From: Squalus acanthias
Taxonomy: Eukaryota
Length of the DNA stretch: 64,000 nucleotides
NCBI GenBank assembly: GCA_030390025.1
Contig: CM059431.1
Location: 156,862,001-156,926,000 of the forward strand
Direction: 5' to 3'
Shown: piece after piece, positions 63,984 through 64,000 of the stretch
How the letters are laid out: each line of letters starts with the position of its first letter
How positions within the stretch are numbered: the first letter of the stretch is position 1
The notes under the pieces: model-generated
Seen by the model: the letters and a program-made list of their open reading frames with translations, nothing else
Told to the model about the DNA's origin: nothing
Database searches by the model: none
Position numbers and translations under genes: made by a program

Positions 63984-64000
63984 AATATTTAAAATCTATT

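Overview
Repeat-dominated eukaryotic DNA, very probably from a cartilaginous fish: it contains an HE1-type V-SINE, a SacSINE1-type DeuSINE and HER1-like CR1 LINEs. I found no intact protein-coding gene. Roughly 40% of the window is two arrays of a 40-bp satellite (19.3 kb and 6.1 kb). The rest is nested, decayed CR1, L2 and Penelope retroelements, two Harbinger-like MITEs, G-rich minisatellites and a tandem segmental duplication (units 16550-42546 and 42547-54036, plus an older partial third copy at 59200-63810). The two most interesting signals are: (i) a set of Penelope-derived insertions carrying minimal type-I hammerhead ribozyme motifs with a compensatory stem change, two of them near-perfect hairpins with 12-bp target-site duplications; and (ii) a triplicated, mostly disabled minus-strand spliced-gene remnant whose last exon reads like a helical-cytokine D helix and which lies next to a conserved GAS/IRF-like motif cluster. 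The identity of that remnant is unproven. Boundaries were read by eye and are approximate unless a TSD or splice site is quoted.
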